A stretch of 64,000 nucleotides of DNA from an uncultured Thermoplasmata archaeon (GTDB lineage Archaea > Thermoplasmatota > Thermoplasmata > UBA10834). Shown in pieces: positions 19,784 through 30,023 of this stretch (the stretch's first letter is position 1; each line of letters begins with the position of its first letter). Where the stretch lies: assembly GCA_963719945.1 (NCBI GenBank), contig CAVRDX010000001.1, positions 320,001 to 384,000 of the forward strand. The letters are read 5' to 3'. A model generated the notes under the pieces. That model worked only from the letters and a program-made list of their open reading frames with translations, was not told the origin of the DNA and searched no databases. Both the position numbers and the translations under genes were made by a program.

Positions 19784-20373
19784 CGTTTCTTCTTGCCTTT
19801 CTTCTCGGTCTTTCTCGGGGTGGGTTTCTTCGTCGCTGCCTCGGGATCCATGTCCTTGATCTTGATTGCAGCCTCATTGGCCAGTGACTTGAATCTATCG
19901 AATGATCTAGGCCATTTCTCGGTGAGCTCGACAGCGAAGGCATCGGACACCTCCTGCGGACCATCGAGTTCGATTCGGTCGAACCCCTTTGAGACCAGGA
20001 GTACGCTCACCTGGTCAGTGACCTTGGCGATTCTCTCCCAGTGGAATAGCTGGTTGATTCCGTCAAGCTCCTTGACGAGGTCGACGACATATTCACTCCC
20101 CAACTTTGTCAGCAGGTGAGTATGCAGGTCTGCAAGTTCAAGCGCTGTCTTGGTCACAACCGTCCTGACCTCGTCCATGAACTCATCGAGGTCCTCATCG
20201 CTCATTCTCTTCAATTTTCCTGGTGAGGATGCCATCGAATCTCTGACCTTGACCAATATCGCAGGCTCGAGCTCGTTCTGGATAGTCCTGAGGATTACGA
20301 TTCCATGTCTGGCCAGCGCGGCTTTTGCATCTCGCAGATCCTTGACAAGTATCGGGTCGAGAAGGTCTTCCAT
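19780..20373 (-). CDS. Hypothetical helical protein
   Basis: 197-aa ORF co-oriented between the M42 peptidase and dcd, with a basic C-terminal tail. Confidence 0.7.
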   Translation of the reverse strand: MEDLLDPILVKDLRDAKAALARHGIVILRTIQNELEPAILVKVRDSMASSPGKLKRMSDEDLDEFMDEVRTVVTKTALELADLHTHLLTKLGSEYVVDLVKELDGINQLFHWERIAKVTDQVSVLLVSKGFDRIELDGPQEVSDAFAVELTEKWPRSFDRFKSLANEAAIKIKDMDPEAATKKPTPRKTEKKGKKKR

Positions 20374-20386
20374 TTCCAGCCTCTGT

Positions 20387-21508
20387 TCATATCTCGGTGA
20401 AGCTGTCGACCTTCTTCTTGTCCATCTTCTTGATGACTTCCACGAGCAGCTTGATAGCGTTCTCCGTATCCGTGAGGCTCAACAAGCCCGCATGTGCGTG
20501 TATGTGTCTCGTCGGGACGCCGATCACAAGGCTCGGACAACCTGCGTTGGATATGTGGATTATGCCCGCATCAGTGCCCCCTCTTGCTATCTGGGAAAGC
20601 TGGTATGGTATCTTGGACCTGTCTGCGGTCGAGAGCACGAACTCAAGCAGTTCCTGATTGGGTATCATGGACGAGTCATAGGTCGTTATCGAAGGTCCAA
20701 GTCCCATCTTCGTCGGTGCCTCGCTCGGTTCGATTCCGGGGACATCCCCTGCTATATCTACCTCAAGTGTGAGACAGACATCGGGGTTCACGACATGAGC
20801 TGTAGTCCTCGCGCCCCTGAGCCCGACCTCTTCCTGAGTGGTGGCTGCTCCTACGACTGTGTTGGGATGCTTGATCTTCTGCTCTGACAGGGTCCGGACC
20901 ACTTCAGCTGCGATGAACGTGCCTATCCTGTCATCGAATGCCTTTCCGATGGCGATGGTGTCGCTGCCCTTCTTCTTGCCATCCCTGAATATCTTCTTCT
21001 CGATGGTCGAGAAGCACGAGTCTGGCATTATGGGGTTACCCAGCCTCACGCCCATCTCCTTGGCTTCGTCTTCGTTTGATGCTCCAATATCGATGAACAT
21101 CTTATCCTTGGTCACGACCTTGCTGCGCTCCTCAGCTGGGAGCAGGTGTGGTGGCTTCGCTGCGATGATGCCTGGTATGATTCCCTTGGCGGTCTTGACC
21201 TTCACCCTCTGGCCAAGCAGGACCTGGTCGAACCAGCCTCCGAGCGGGTTGAATGTGAGGAATCCTGCCTTGTTTATAGAGGATACCATGAAGCCTACTT
21301 CATCGACATGGCCTGGAAGAAGCACGACCGGTTTCTCGGCCGACCCTTTCTTCGTGAATAGCAGCGAACCTAGTTTGTCTGTCGTGATGCTATCGCAATA
21401 CTTCGACACATATCCTTTGACTATTCTGGCGGGCTCCTTTTCGAAGCCAGATGGGCCAAAGCAGTTGGTCAGTTCTTCGAGGAACTTCATTGATTCTTTC
21501 GATATCAA
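20387..21508 (-). CDS. M42-family (TET) aminopeptidase
   Basis: GPSGFE, GHVDEVGF, MFIDIGA, KAFDDR, QEEVGLRGA, GGTDAG, RHIH. TTG start after AGGTGAGG. Confidence 0.95.
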   Translation of the reverse strand: MISKESMKFLEELTNCFGPSGFEKEPARIVKGYVSKYCDSITTDKLGSLLFTKKGSAEKPVVLLPGHVDEVGFMVSSINKAGFLTFNPLGGWFDQVLLGQRVKVKTAKGIIPGIIAAKPPHLLPAEERSKVVTKDKMFIDIGASNEDEAKEMGVRLGNPIMPDSCFSTIEKKIFRDGKKKGSDTIAIGKAFDDRIGTFIAAEVVRTLSEQKIKHPNTVVGAATTQEEVGLRGARTTAHVVNPDVCLTLEVDIAGDVPGIEPSEAPTKMGLGPSITTYDSSMIPNQELLEFVLSTADRSKIPYQLSQIARGGTDAGIIHISNAGCPSLVIGVPTRHIHAHAGLLSLTDTENAIKLLVEVIKKMDKKKVDSFTEI

Positions 21509-21663
21509 AACCTCACCTGTGGCTCCAATCATGTTGACGATAGATAACAGTTGTGTTATGCATGTCGACCGATCCCTTAATGTCTACTTTCGAATAGCTA
21601 GTCCACAGGACTAATATCCCCCTGTGTGTTCGTGGCTGAGTTGCCAATGATGGGTAGAGTGCT

Positions 21664-22182
21664 ATGAAACGGTTCACGCATCTCATCTCAGGAATCGCTG
21701 CAGGGTCAGCGATTGCATCTCTGTCTGGTAGCGAACCCATTTCATTGATGGTACTGGGAGGCTTCTTCGGCATATTCCCGGATTTCGATATCATATTCTC
21801 TGGCCTGGGCAGACGCGTGCACAGGTCTGCTGCATCTCACAGCCTCCTTGCTTCGTCGATCTTCGCTCTGGCGTGGGCGGTCCTTTTGATGACCGTATCG
21901 GGGATGCCTCACTTGTCCTGGTTGGACGCGATCCCTCTCGTCCCATCAACTGTCGTAGTATTCCTGGCTTCGTTCGTCCACACGCTTGAGGATTCGTTGA
22001 CCTTCCAAGGATGTAGGCTATTCTATCCGCTATCCCTCAGAAAATACAAGGGTGGTGTGAGGTACGACGATGTCGCCGCAAATGCTATCCTGACCGTGAT
22101 AGCAGTCGGAGTGACCCTCCTCTTCATCCAGATTGATCTGTCCTCCCTCTTGCCCTTTGTTCTCTCCCTTGGGAACTTATAA
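21664..22182 (+). CDS. Membrane-bound metal-dependent hydrolase (YdjM-like)
   Basis: FTH, FPDFD, HR..SHSL, HTLEDSLT..G..LFYP. Confidence 0.85.
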   Translation: MKRFTHLISGIAAGSAIASLSGSEPISLMVLGGFFGIFPDFDIIFSGLGRRVHRSAASHSLLASSIFALAWAVLLMTVSGMPHLSWLDAIPLVPSTVVVFLASFVHTLEDSLTFQGCRLFYPLSLRKYKGGVRYDDVAANAILTVIAVGVTLLFIQIDLSSLLPFVLSLGNL

Positions 22183-22226
22183 ATGCGGATAAGCTAATCC
22201 CAGCGACAAGGTTCGGGAGGCCAGTT

Positions 22227-22610
22227 ATGTCAGTTATTCAGCCCGATCTCAAATACACAAAGGACCACGAATGGGTGAAGATTGAGGGTAACCTCGCGCG
22301 CATAGGAATCACCGATCATGCACAGACCGAGCTGACGGAGATAGTATTCGTTGAGCTCCCTAGCATTGACAAAGATGTCGGCAAAGGGGATGTTCTGGGG
22401 AACGTCGAATCAGTGAAGACGGTCTCGGAGGTCTTCTCACCAGTCAGCGGCACGGTCAAGGAGAAGAACGACAAGCTCGTCGATTCTCCTGAGCTGCTGA
22501 ACAAGGATCCATACGGCGAAGGGTGGATCGCAGCTGTCGAGATCGGCAACCAGGACGACCTGAGCGATCTCATGTCCGCTGATGATTACAGGAAGCTTCT
22601 CGGCGAGTAG
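22227..22610 (+). CDS. gcvH: Glycine cleavage system H (lipoyl carrier) protein
   Basis: YTKDHEW, GITDHAQ, VESVKTVS lipoyl Lys, NKDPYGEGW. Confidence 0.95.
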   Translation: MSVIQPDLKYTKDHEWVKIEGNLARIGITDHAQTELTEIVFVELPSIDKDVGKGDVLGNVESVKTVSEVFSPVSGTVKEKNDKLVDSPELLNKDPYGEGWIAAVEIGNQDDLSDLMSADDYRKLLGE

Positions 22611-22693
22611 AGTCGTTCGGCACTCAAGCGAGCGCCAATCGGCATCTGCTCCATATGGTCTCTCCGACTATGAACAACTGGGAGGTTTGACAC

Positions 22694-23200
22694 ATGAAGA
22701 ATCCGATAACGCCTGGGAAGTCACAAGATGCCTTTTCCGGATTTCCTGTTGTGCTATGTAGCATGAGCGGACCGAAAGACAACATCATCACATTGGCAAT
22801 GTGCCACATCTTCTCATTTGAACCTCCTCTTGTGGCTATCGGCATCGCACCTAAGCGACACAGCTACGGTCTGCTCCGAGACTCGGATGATTTTGCCATC
22901 AACATACCGACCAAAGGGCTTCTGAAAGCAGTCGAGATATGCGGCTCCAAGTCTGGGCGGAAAGTGGACAAATTCGATGCAGCGGGTCTTACTCGTGAGG
23001 ATGCGGAGAAGATATCGTCCCCTCTGATTGCAGAGTGTCCTGTCAATATCGAGTGCATGAAGGTGAAGGAAGTCGAGGTTGGCGATCATGCCCTTTTCAT
23101 TGGTGAAGTGGTAGCTGCAAGAATGGATGCAAAATACGATTCAAAGGATGCCCTCCTCTATTGGGGGGAATACAGGGTGATTGGAGATATCGTGAGGTGA
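22694..23200 (+). CDS. Flavin reductase family protein
   Basis: SFEPPLVAI, CGSKSGRKVDKF, ECPVNIEC, GDHALFIGEV. Confidence 0.9.
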   Translation: MKNPITPGKSQDAFSGFPVVLCSMSGPKDNIITLAMCHIFSFEPPLVAIGIAPKRHSYGLLRDSDDFAINIPTKGLLKAVEICGSKSGRKVDKFDAAGLTREDAEKISSPLIAECPVNIECMKVKEVEVGDHALFIGEVVAARMDAKYDSKDALLYWGEYRVIGDIVR

Positions 23201-23202
23201 GT

Positions 23203-23697
23203 ATGGCCATGGACGTTGGTGCAGCAATAAGGGCCCGTCGCAGTATCCGCAAATTCAAACACAAGGCATTTCCGCGCGACCTGCTGGAGGATTTGATGGA
23301 TCACATGAGGCTCGCACCGTCTGCCAACAACAAGCAGAGCTGGGAGGTGGTGGCGGTCGTGGATGACGACCTGAAGAATCTTCTGGTACCTGCATGCGCG
23401 AATCAGGGATTCCTTGCGGACTGCTCTGCGTTCATTGTAGGCGTTTCAGAACCGGGCGCCAAGTTCTCAGTCATCGACATGACGATAGCGTTCGACCATC
23501 TGACTCTGCGTGCAGTGGATCTTGGCCTGGGGACATGCTGGATAGGTGCCTACGATCCAGATAAGGTCAAAGGGATACTGGGCATCCCATCTGATCGGGA
23601 TGTGCCAATATGCGTCGCCGTTGGATATCCTGACCAGGAACCGATGGCTCGGAAGAGAAAGAACCTGTCCGAACTGTTCCATATCGATAGATGGTAA
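23203..23697 (+). CDS. Nitroreductase family protein
   Basis: RRSIRKF, LAPSANNKQSW, GLGTCWIGAY, VGYP. Confidence 0.92.
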   Translation: MAMDVGAAIRARRSIRKFKHKAFPRDLLEDLMDHMRLAPSANNKQSWEVVAVVDDDLKNLLVPACANQGFLADCSAFIVGVSEPGAKFSVIDMTIAFDHLTLRAVDLGLGTCWIGAYDPDKVKGILGIPSDRDVPICVAVGYPDQEPMARKRKNLSELFHIDRW

Positions 23698-23824
23698 TCC
23701 TCATCCTTGCGGTTCTGATCTAGCCGACAGATATTACTATCTCTGGCCTCAATATCGGCTCCGTGGTATTCGATTGATTCAAGGTTCAGAATGCTCGGAC
23801 AATGGAAGTTCACCAAATGCTGTC

Positions 23825-24187
23825 ATGACTACTGGCCCGACATCTAGACAATACGATCATCAATGCAGTTCCTGTGGCAGATCAGTGAGTTCGGAAGGTA
23901 CGTTCTGTCCCCACTGTGGCAATGGTTTCGGGATCGTCGATGATCTCGTGGCCGAACCCGAACCATGGACGATGACTTCTCACGGATTTCTGTATCTGAT
24001 ATCTTTCATCATACCCGTGATCGGCATCGTATTCGGGGGATTGTATCTTGGAACGAACGATTCCGATCATAATGTTGTTGGCAGGAATTGTATAATCCTT
24101 GGTGTCTTGGGTGTGCTGACATATTCGATGATCGCAGTATTGTGGTTCTACATGAGCATCTCTGATGCGATCCGTATATTGACCTGA
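23825..24187 (+). CDS. Zinc-ribbon membrane protein
   Basis: CSSCG...FCPHCG followed by two TM segments (FIIPVIGIV). Confidence 0.75.
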   Translation: MTTGPTSRQYDHQCSSCGRSVSSEGTFCPHCGNGFGIVDDLVAEPEPWTMTSHGFLYLISFIIPVIGIVFGGLYLGTNDSDHNVVGRNCIILGVLGVLTYSMIAVLWFYMSISDAIRILT

Positions 24188-24321
24188 ACCGGGTGATTAA
24201 GACCGATCGCAGTGCGTGCTCTTGAACTCGTTTCTGATTCCGAGAATAAATCGCCAATGTATAAATGGTCGTAGTCTATTATCTGCCAGAGCCACTCAGA
24301 GTGTGCCTCGGGTGACACCCG

Positions 24322-26265
24322 TTGTTCATCTTCAATACTTGTCCCAGAGACTGTTATGATACATGTGCGATTGTAACGCGAGTCAGGAACGGGAAGTTGC
24401 ACTCGACAGAACCCAATAAAAAGCATCCTTTCACTGGCGATCTACTCTGCCCGAAAGGGAGGAATATCTCACAATACGTATACTCGCGGCAGCGGATCCA
24501 GTATCCTCTCAGAAGAACAGGTGAGAAGGGTGCAGGAAAGTTCGAGGAGATCACTTGGAACGACGCTCTCAAGGAGATTGCTGAGAACATTCGAGAAATA
24601 TCTCTCCGGCATGGTCCGGAATCGATACTGCAATTCGATTACGCTGGAACAATGGGCATGGTTCAGAGATACTTTCCGACCAGATTCTTCAATGTCATCG
24701 GGGCATCTAGGGTATCACACACCATATGCTCTCGTGCTGGAGAAAAGGCCCTTGAGATAGTCTACGGTTCCACACTGGGTATGCTTCCTGATGAGATTGA
24801 GAAATGCCGACTCATTGTGCTCTGGGGGATGAACCCTGCATGGAGCAGCGCTCATACGTTCGAGATGCTGAAGCGCGCCAAGAAATGCGGCACGAAGATC
24901 TATATCGTCGATCCTGTGAGATCGGCCACGACCGAGCTCGGGACGCATCTTCAAATCAAACCGACCACCGATGCAGCTCTCGCCCTTGGTATCATAAACC
25001 ACCTTATTGAGAACAGGCTATGTAACGAAGTCTTCCTCGACCAGAACACCACTGGCTTCGACCGGTTGGTGGGGGCTGCCAGCAAATATGACATGACCAC
25101 GATTTCCAAGACCACGGGTCTCAAGACTCGCGAGATCGAGGATTTCATAGGAGATTTCGTCTCTCTCCGACCTAACTGTATAATGATTGGATACGGGATG
25201 CAGCGTCATAGGAATGGCGGTGATATGGTCCGTGCGATCAGCATACTGCCCGCATTGATTGGGGAGAACCGCGGGTTCTATTATTCGACGGACCTCGGCG
25301 ATTTCGATATGGATTATCTGGAGGGTGCCTCACTCCGTACTCGGAAGCGTGTGGAGCATAACATGGTGGACATCGGCCGTACCCTTCAGTCGAACAAGAT
25401 CAAGATGATGTTCGTATACAATTCTAATCCGCTTGCAACGCTGCCCAATCAGAGATTGTTGCGAGATGGCTTCATGAAGAAGGACATATTCACGGTCGTT
25501 CATGACCTGTTCATGACCGACACAGCGGACCATGCGGATATCGTGCTTCCTGCAACCAGCTTTTTCGAGCATTTCGATATCCATACCTCGTATCTCCACA
25601 ATTATTTCTCGATAAATGAGAAGGCGATCGAGCCGATAGGCGAAGCCAGGTCCAACAGTGATGTCTTCCGATCGCTCGCCAAGATAATGAATCTGCAGAC
25701 CAAGGAACTCTTCGAAGAAGATGAGAAGGTCGCACGCACGCTGTTATCGAAGAGCAAGGTCGTCGAGGGCAAGTTTGAGGACCTGAAGAAGAAGGGCTTC
25801 TTGAGGATGAAGGTCCCGAACAGGTCAATCTACAACACGCCCACTCGGAAGATCGAATTATATTCCGCTGCGGCAGATGCCGCTGGATTGGGCGGATTGC
25901 CTGTTCATGTCGAGGTGCGGAGAACTCAGCCATTCATCCTGCTTTCACCGGTGCATAAATTCCTCGTCCGGTCCCAGTATCATCTCCGATGGCCGGATAT
26001 CCGACCAGTGGTATACATGAACGAGAAGGACGCCCGTGAAGAGAGCATCGAGAGCGGATCTCTGATCACGCTCAAGAACGAATTCGGCGAATGGTCCGTT
26101 ACATGTGAGATCTCTGACATCGTCCTTCCTGGGGTCCTGGTGACATATTCCGTGCTATGGCCTAAATTGTGTGGCGGCACGAACGTCAACTTCGTCACGA
26201 CGGATTTCGTGCAGAAGTACGGGCAGAACTCCGCCTTCAACTCGACCTTCGTCAAGATAATCTAA
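24322..26265 (+). CDS. Molybdopterin (DMSO reductase superfamily) oxidoreductase, uncharacterised subfamily
   Basis: CPRDCYDTC...CPKG FeS motif, HTICS (Cys ligand), WGMNP, DLFMTDTADHADIVLPA. Confidence 0.9.
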   Translation: MFIFNTCPRDCYDTCAIVTRVRNGKLHSTEPNKKHPFTGDLLCPKGRNISQYVYSRQRIQYPLRRTGEKGAGKFEEITWNDALKEIAENIREISLRHGPESILQFDYAGTMGMVQRYFPTRFFNVIGASRVSHTICSRAGEKALEIVYGSTLGMLPDEIEKCRLIVLWGMNPAWSSAHTFEMLKRAKKCGTKIYIVDPVRSATTELGTHLQIKPTTDAALALGIINHLIENRLCNEVFLDQNTTGFDRLVGAASKYDMTTISKTTGLKTREIEDFIGDFVSLRPNCIMIGYGMQRHRNGGDMVRAISILPALIGENRGFYYSTDLGDFDMDYLEGASLRTRKRVEHNMVDIGRTLQSNKIKMMFVYNSNPLATLPNQRLLRDGFMKKDIFTVVHDLFMTDTADHADIVLPATSFFEHFDIHTSYLHNYFSINEKAIEPIGEARSNSDVFRSLAKIMNLQTKELFEEDEKVARTLLSKSKVVEGKFEDLKKKGFLRMKVPNRSIYNTPTRKIELYSAAADAAGLGGLPVHVEVRRTQPFILLSPVHKFLVRSQYHLRWPDIRPVVYMNEKDAREESIESGSLITLKNEFGEWSVTCEISDIVLPGVLVTYSVLWPKLCGGTNVNFVTTDFVQKYGQNSAFNSTFVKII

Positions 26266-27641
26266 TCGGCATCGTCCTGGGTCGGGATGAAGAATTCCTT
26301 GTGTATTGCCATTATGGTCTTCTTGAGGTCCTTGTTGTCTACCGTGAAGTGATACGCTACCGTGGATGCTCCCGCTGAAATGAGGTCCACATTCACCTTC
26401 TTTGATGCGACCGCTTTGAATACTCTGGCTGCAACACCCTCGGTGTAGCCCAGACCTTCTCCGACTGTGCACACGAGCGCCACTCCTGGGGTTATCTCGA
26501 AGCTCTCCCCGACCCCACCGATGATGCTCTTGATCGCGTCTTTGGCCAGAGTCATCTGGCTCTCATCTATCAGAACGGCAACGCAGGTTTGGGATGTGGT
26601 CGCAGAGAATATGTTCACACCTTCGCTCGCGAGACAGTTCGTGATGTCAGATAGAAATCCTGACTTGTAGCCTGCTCCGGTATCGTACACCTTCAACGTG
26701 GCCACTTTGGGAAGATATGATACGCTCTTTATGACCTCCTTCTTTGTCTGCTTCCCATTTCCGATCGTGGTGCCTGGAGATTCTGGCGAGTAGAGGTTCT
26801 TGATTATTATCTCTATCCCTTTCAAACGTGCTGGCTGAACCGCCCGCGCGTGCAGTACCTGTGCTCCAAAGTACGCGAGTTCCGCAGCCTCCTCATATGA
26901 TAGTGATTCTATTGTGAACGACTCCTTCACGAGCTTCGGGTCCGCGCTCATGAACCCGTCCACTTCCTTCCAGATCTCAATGGGTTTCGCGTTTGTAGCG
27001 TATGCGATCACTGCAGCCGAATAATCCGTACCGCTTCTGCCAACGGTGGTGACATGGCCGTCCTGTGTCGTCCCGAAGAATCCGGTGACGACTGGAGTGA
27101 TTCCCTGTCGTATTGCGCTGTCGAGGCTGGCACCCATGTTCTTCTCGCATTGGTCCAATAGTGCCACAGCGTTCCCATGCTGGTCGTTGGTGATGAATCC
27201 GATGGCGTCGCTCTCCATTGCAATCGCATTGATCCCATCGTTCGTGAGCCTCGAAGCGACCACTATCGCCGAAAGCCTCTCCCCGAAACTGAGTATGAGG
27301 TCGTTGGTTCTTGGTGTGAGCTCCTCGGTATAAGTCACGCCGTACAACAACCTCTCGAGCTTGGTCATCTTCTCCTCGATGAGGTCGAGCGCCTCCTTCC
27401 TGACCTGCCCTTCCGTCTTCGGCAGCATGTCTATGTGCCTCATCCTCAGAGCCAGCAATAGGTCATCGATCTCCTTCTCCTGCCTCGGCCTGGAGACGAA
27501 TTCCTTGAGCGTATTCGTCACTCCAGCCGCGGCCGAAACCACCACAATCTTCGAATCTTTCTCCGATCGTACCACTTTAGATACTCTATCCAGGGAGTCC
27601 TCTGTTCCAAGGCACGTCCCTCCGAATTTCATGACCTTCAA
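26262..27641 (-). CDS. lysC: Aspartate kinase
   Basis: VMKFGGT, SFGERLS, GRSGTDYSA, VDGFMSADP, ELAYFGAQVLH, C-terminal ACT domains. Confidence 0.95.
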   Translation of the reverse strand: MKVMKFGGTCLGTEDSLDRVSKVVRSEKDSKIVVVSAAAGVTNTLKEFVSRPRQEKEIDDLLLALRMRHIDMLPKTEGQVRKEALDLIEEKMTKLERLLYGVTYTEELTPRTNDLILSFGERLSAIVVASRLTNDGINAIAMESDAIGFITNDQHGNAVALLDQCEKNMGASLDSAIRQGITPVVTGFFGTTQDGHVTTVGRSGTDYSAAVIAYATNAKPIEIWKEVDGFMSADPKLVKESFTIESLSYEEAAELAYFGAQVLHARAVQPARLKGIEIIIKNLYSPESPGTTIGNGKQTKKEVIKSVSYLPKVATLKVYDTGAGYKSGFLSDITNCLASEGVNIFSATTSQTCVAVLIDESQMTLAKDAIKSIIGGVGESFEITPGVALVCTVGEGLGYTEGVAARVFKAVASKKVNVDLISAGASTVAYHFTVDNKDLKKTIMAIHKEFFIPTQDDAD

Positions 27642-28414
27642 GGTCTCACCTCATGACTGCTACAACAACCTAAGTAAGCTGGAGATGCCATCCTGCTATG
27701 GACCGTCATCTTCTCTGGATTATGCTCCACTTCGACAATCTTCGGGAATCTGCCATGCATCGCGATGGCGTCTCTGAATTTGACGAACCCTCCGATGAAT
27801 CCTTCCATCCCTTTGAACGGGTCGAATACTGCGTTGAGCGTATCCTCGTCCGTGGCGCGGTTGCCCAATGCGGTCGCCAAAGCATCTGCGAGTATAGCCG
27901 AATCTGCCATCGCGACTGCAGCATCGGCATTTCCGAAACTGATCGAATGGCCAAGAGTTCCGCTGGAAGCACAGACACCAATGATCCTTGATGACGGTTC
28001 GAGCTCCATTGCGACGGCCGACTCCGATCCTGGTTCCCAGAATATCTCCATGGTCGCTGGCTTCTCGAGTATCAACGCGACATCCCCTCCATTATCGACC
28101 CAGCCATGCGAGCAACCTCTGCTCTCCATGGCCTCCATTGCCACCTGGGCGATAGTCCCAGCTACCGCAGACATGGGCCCGATTCCGGCGCGGGCAGAGG
28201 CATCGCACATCCGTGAGATGACTGGTCCATCATCCTCCTTCGGCGTGTATGGCTCGAGGGTCGTCATGAAGAACCGGTCTCTCCGTATCATGCGTTCGAT
28301 ATCCTTCCTCGCGCTCTTGATAGCATCCACCGCAGCCTCCACGTACTGCCCATCTGCTGCGATCGTGGCCGCAGTCTCTCCTATCTCTACCTTTGCGTGA
28401 ATAAATGCTCCCAT
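27638..28414 (-). CDS. UPF0280/ApbE-like protein (MA1715-like, sulfide assimilation)
   Basis: GPMSAVAG, VDNGGD, CASSGTLGHSISFGNADA, ADALATALGN. Confidence 0.9.
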   Translation of the reverse strand: MGAFIHAKVEIGETAATIAADGQYVEAAVDAIKSARKDIERMIRRDRFFMTTLEPYTPKEDDGPVISRMCDASARAGIGPMSAVAGTIAQVAMEAMESRGCSHGWVDNGGDVALILEKPATMEIFWEPGSESAVAMELEPSSRIIGVCASSGTLGHSISFGNADAAVAMADSAILADALATALGNRATDEDTLNAVFDPFKGMEGFIGGFVKFRDAIAMHGRFPKIVEVEHNPEKMTVHSRMASPAYLGCCSSHEVRP

Positions 28415-28815
28415 CAGATCAGTATCTCCATGGCTCTCGGAGGGCAGGCGTCGATGCAGACTCCACAAGCGACGCACTTCTCTTCGTTGAAGCTGACCTT
28501 TCCAGATTTCGGGTCGATCGAAAGCGCCTTCGTAGGGCAGATCGAGACGCACATGCCACAGTGTGTGCATGCGTCGTCATCTCTCCTAACCCCCTCCTTT
28601 ATGGGTCTGACATTCACGCTGTTGTCCTTGAGATAGTCTATCCCCTTTCGGATGTCATCCGCCTTTCCAGACAGTTCAAGGACCATCTTCCCTCCTACTT
28701 CGTCTATCTCCGCCCTGAGTATGTTGACGAGCAGGTGGTACTTGGCAATCAGGTTGTGCGTGATCGGCTGGTTGGATGCTTCAGGGCTGAATGTGAGGAC
28801 GACCTTGGTCTTCAT
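28414..28815 (-). CDS. NIL-domain ferredoxin (MA1822-like)
   Basis: VNILRAEI NIL domain plus CTHCGMCVSICP and CVACGVCIDACP. Confidence 0.92.
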   Translation of the reverse strand: MKTKVVLTFSPEASNQPITHNLIAKYHLLVNILRAEIDEVGGKMVLELSGKADDIRKGIDYLKDNSVNVRPIKEGVRRDDDACTHCGMCVSICPTKALSIDPKSGKVSFNEEKCVACGVCIDACPPRAMEILI

Positions 28816-30023
28816 TGCATCGCCTCCCTCTCGGTACGAACATCAAGGTTCCTGAGGACCCTGTCCATGGGGAATCTCTGGATCGGTTCCTGGATCGCGA
28901 ACTCGCCTTTCATTATCCAGCTCTTGAGGATCTCAGATATCTGCTTCGCCTTATAGAGGCTCGAGAGCGAGGATGTCGGGACCTGCTTTCCTTTGATAGT
29001 GATCTCTCCTGATCTCAGGTCCGCATATGATACATCTCTGAGGACGGGCCTGTTCCTTGACTGCTGGGCATAGTCGAATACCGGCGCCTGTATCTCATCA
29101 TTCGTCACTGCACAGTATCTTGCCATCTCCTCATCGAGGATCGGTATCGGGATCCCAATACCAATTCCGAGGGAAGAGCCGTATCTGCTCAGTGTGAGCC
29201 CCCTAAGGAAGTCTGGTGTCATCTGCTTAAGGTCTCCAAGGACCGCAAGACTCCCAGCCGGCCTCTTCGGCACTCCGTTCGGTGTCCTGGGCGCTCCTGG
29301 ATTGAACTGTGTACCTTCCCATATCACATGTCCCTGGCTTCCACCAAGGAAGATCCTGGTTCCTATCCCGATCGTTCTATAGTATGGGTCGTTTATCAAT
29401 GGGGATATCTCACCAGCGCTGCTGAAAGTCGCGTTCCCGAACTCCGGCAAGAGCTTCCCCATATAGGTGTACATGGTCTTCGGTGACGAATTCGTGGCGA
29501 CAGCGTAGTTCTGATAGCAGTTTCGTACGTTCATCAGGACTGCCTGGTTGATCGTCTTGAGGCTGATGTATGTGTCAATCTCCTTCCTGGGGTAACAGTC
29601 CGTCCCGTAGCTGGTCGCCCTCAACCTCATTGCCTTGCCCCGCACGAGGTCCTCGATGACGTGCCCACCGCCATGGATCATGTTGTTCGTCTCGTCCAAG
29701 GCGGTTGCTCCAATGTACGCATCGACCGCCGCAAGTCCTGCCTGGGCGGGAATCCCGTCGATCCATATCTTCTGCATCTTGATCGGTGGGTCTGAATGCC
29801 CGAAGTTCAGGTATGCGCCGGACGAGCACATTGCTCCGAACGTGCCAGTCGTCACTACATCCACTTCTTTGGCGGCCTTCTTGATTCCGTTCGCTCGAAC
29901 GAATCCTTTGAACTCCTGGGCGGTCATCACGACTACGTCGCCGTCTGCTATCTTTTGATTTATCTCAGCATAGCTCTTGCTCGGGGAGTCCTGTTTCTTG
30001 CCGGACTTCTTTCCATCGCTCAG
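28812..30023 (-). CDS. L-aspartate semialdehyde sulfurtransferase / homocysteine biosynthesis protein (DUF39, MA1821-like), without CBS domains
   Basis: VDVVTTGTFGAMCSSG, GTDCYPR, RNCYQNY, GIGIGIPIPIL. The frame extends upstream (KSYAEINQKIADG) to a CTG at 30023. Confidence 0.92.
   Translation of the reverse strand: MSDGKKSGKKQDSPSKSYAEINQKIADGDVVVMTAQEFKGFVRANGIKKAAKEVDVVTTGTFGAMCSSGAYLNFGHSDPPIKMQKIWIDGIPAQAGLAAVDAYIGATALDETNNMIHGGGHVIEDLVRGKAMRLRATSYGTDCYPRKEIDTYISLKTINQAVLMNVRNCYQNYAVATNSSPKTMYTYMGKLLPEFGNATFSSAGEISPLINDPYYRTIGIGTRIFLGGSQGHVIWEGTQFNPGAPRTPNGVPKRPAGSLAVLGDLKQMTPDFLRGLTLSRYGSSLGIGIGIPIPILDEEMARYCAVTNDEIQAPVFDYAQQSRNRPVLRDVSYADLRSGEITIKGKQVPTSSLSSLYKAKQISEILKSWIMKGEFAIQEPIQRFPMDRVLRNLDVRTEREAMQ

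Noticed and set aside
24292-24300. Third copy of CCACTCAGA
   Set aside because: A 9-mer is expected about 0.5 times by chance in 64 kb (both strands); there is no TIR beside it and the match to the predicted guide ends after 9 nt
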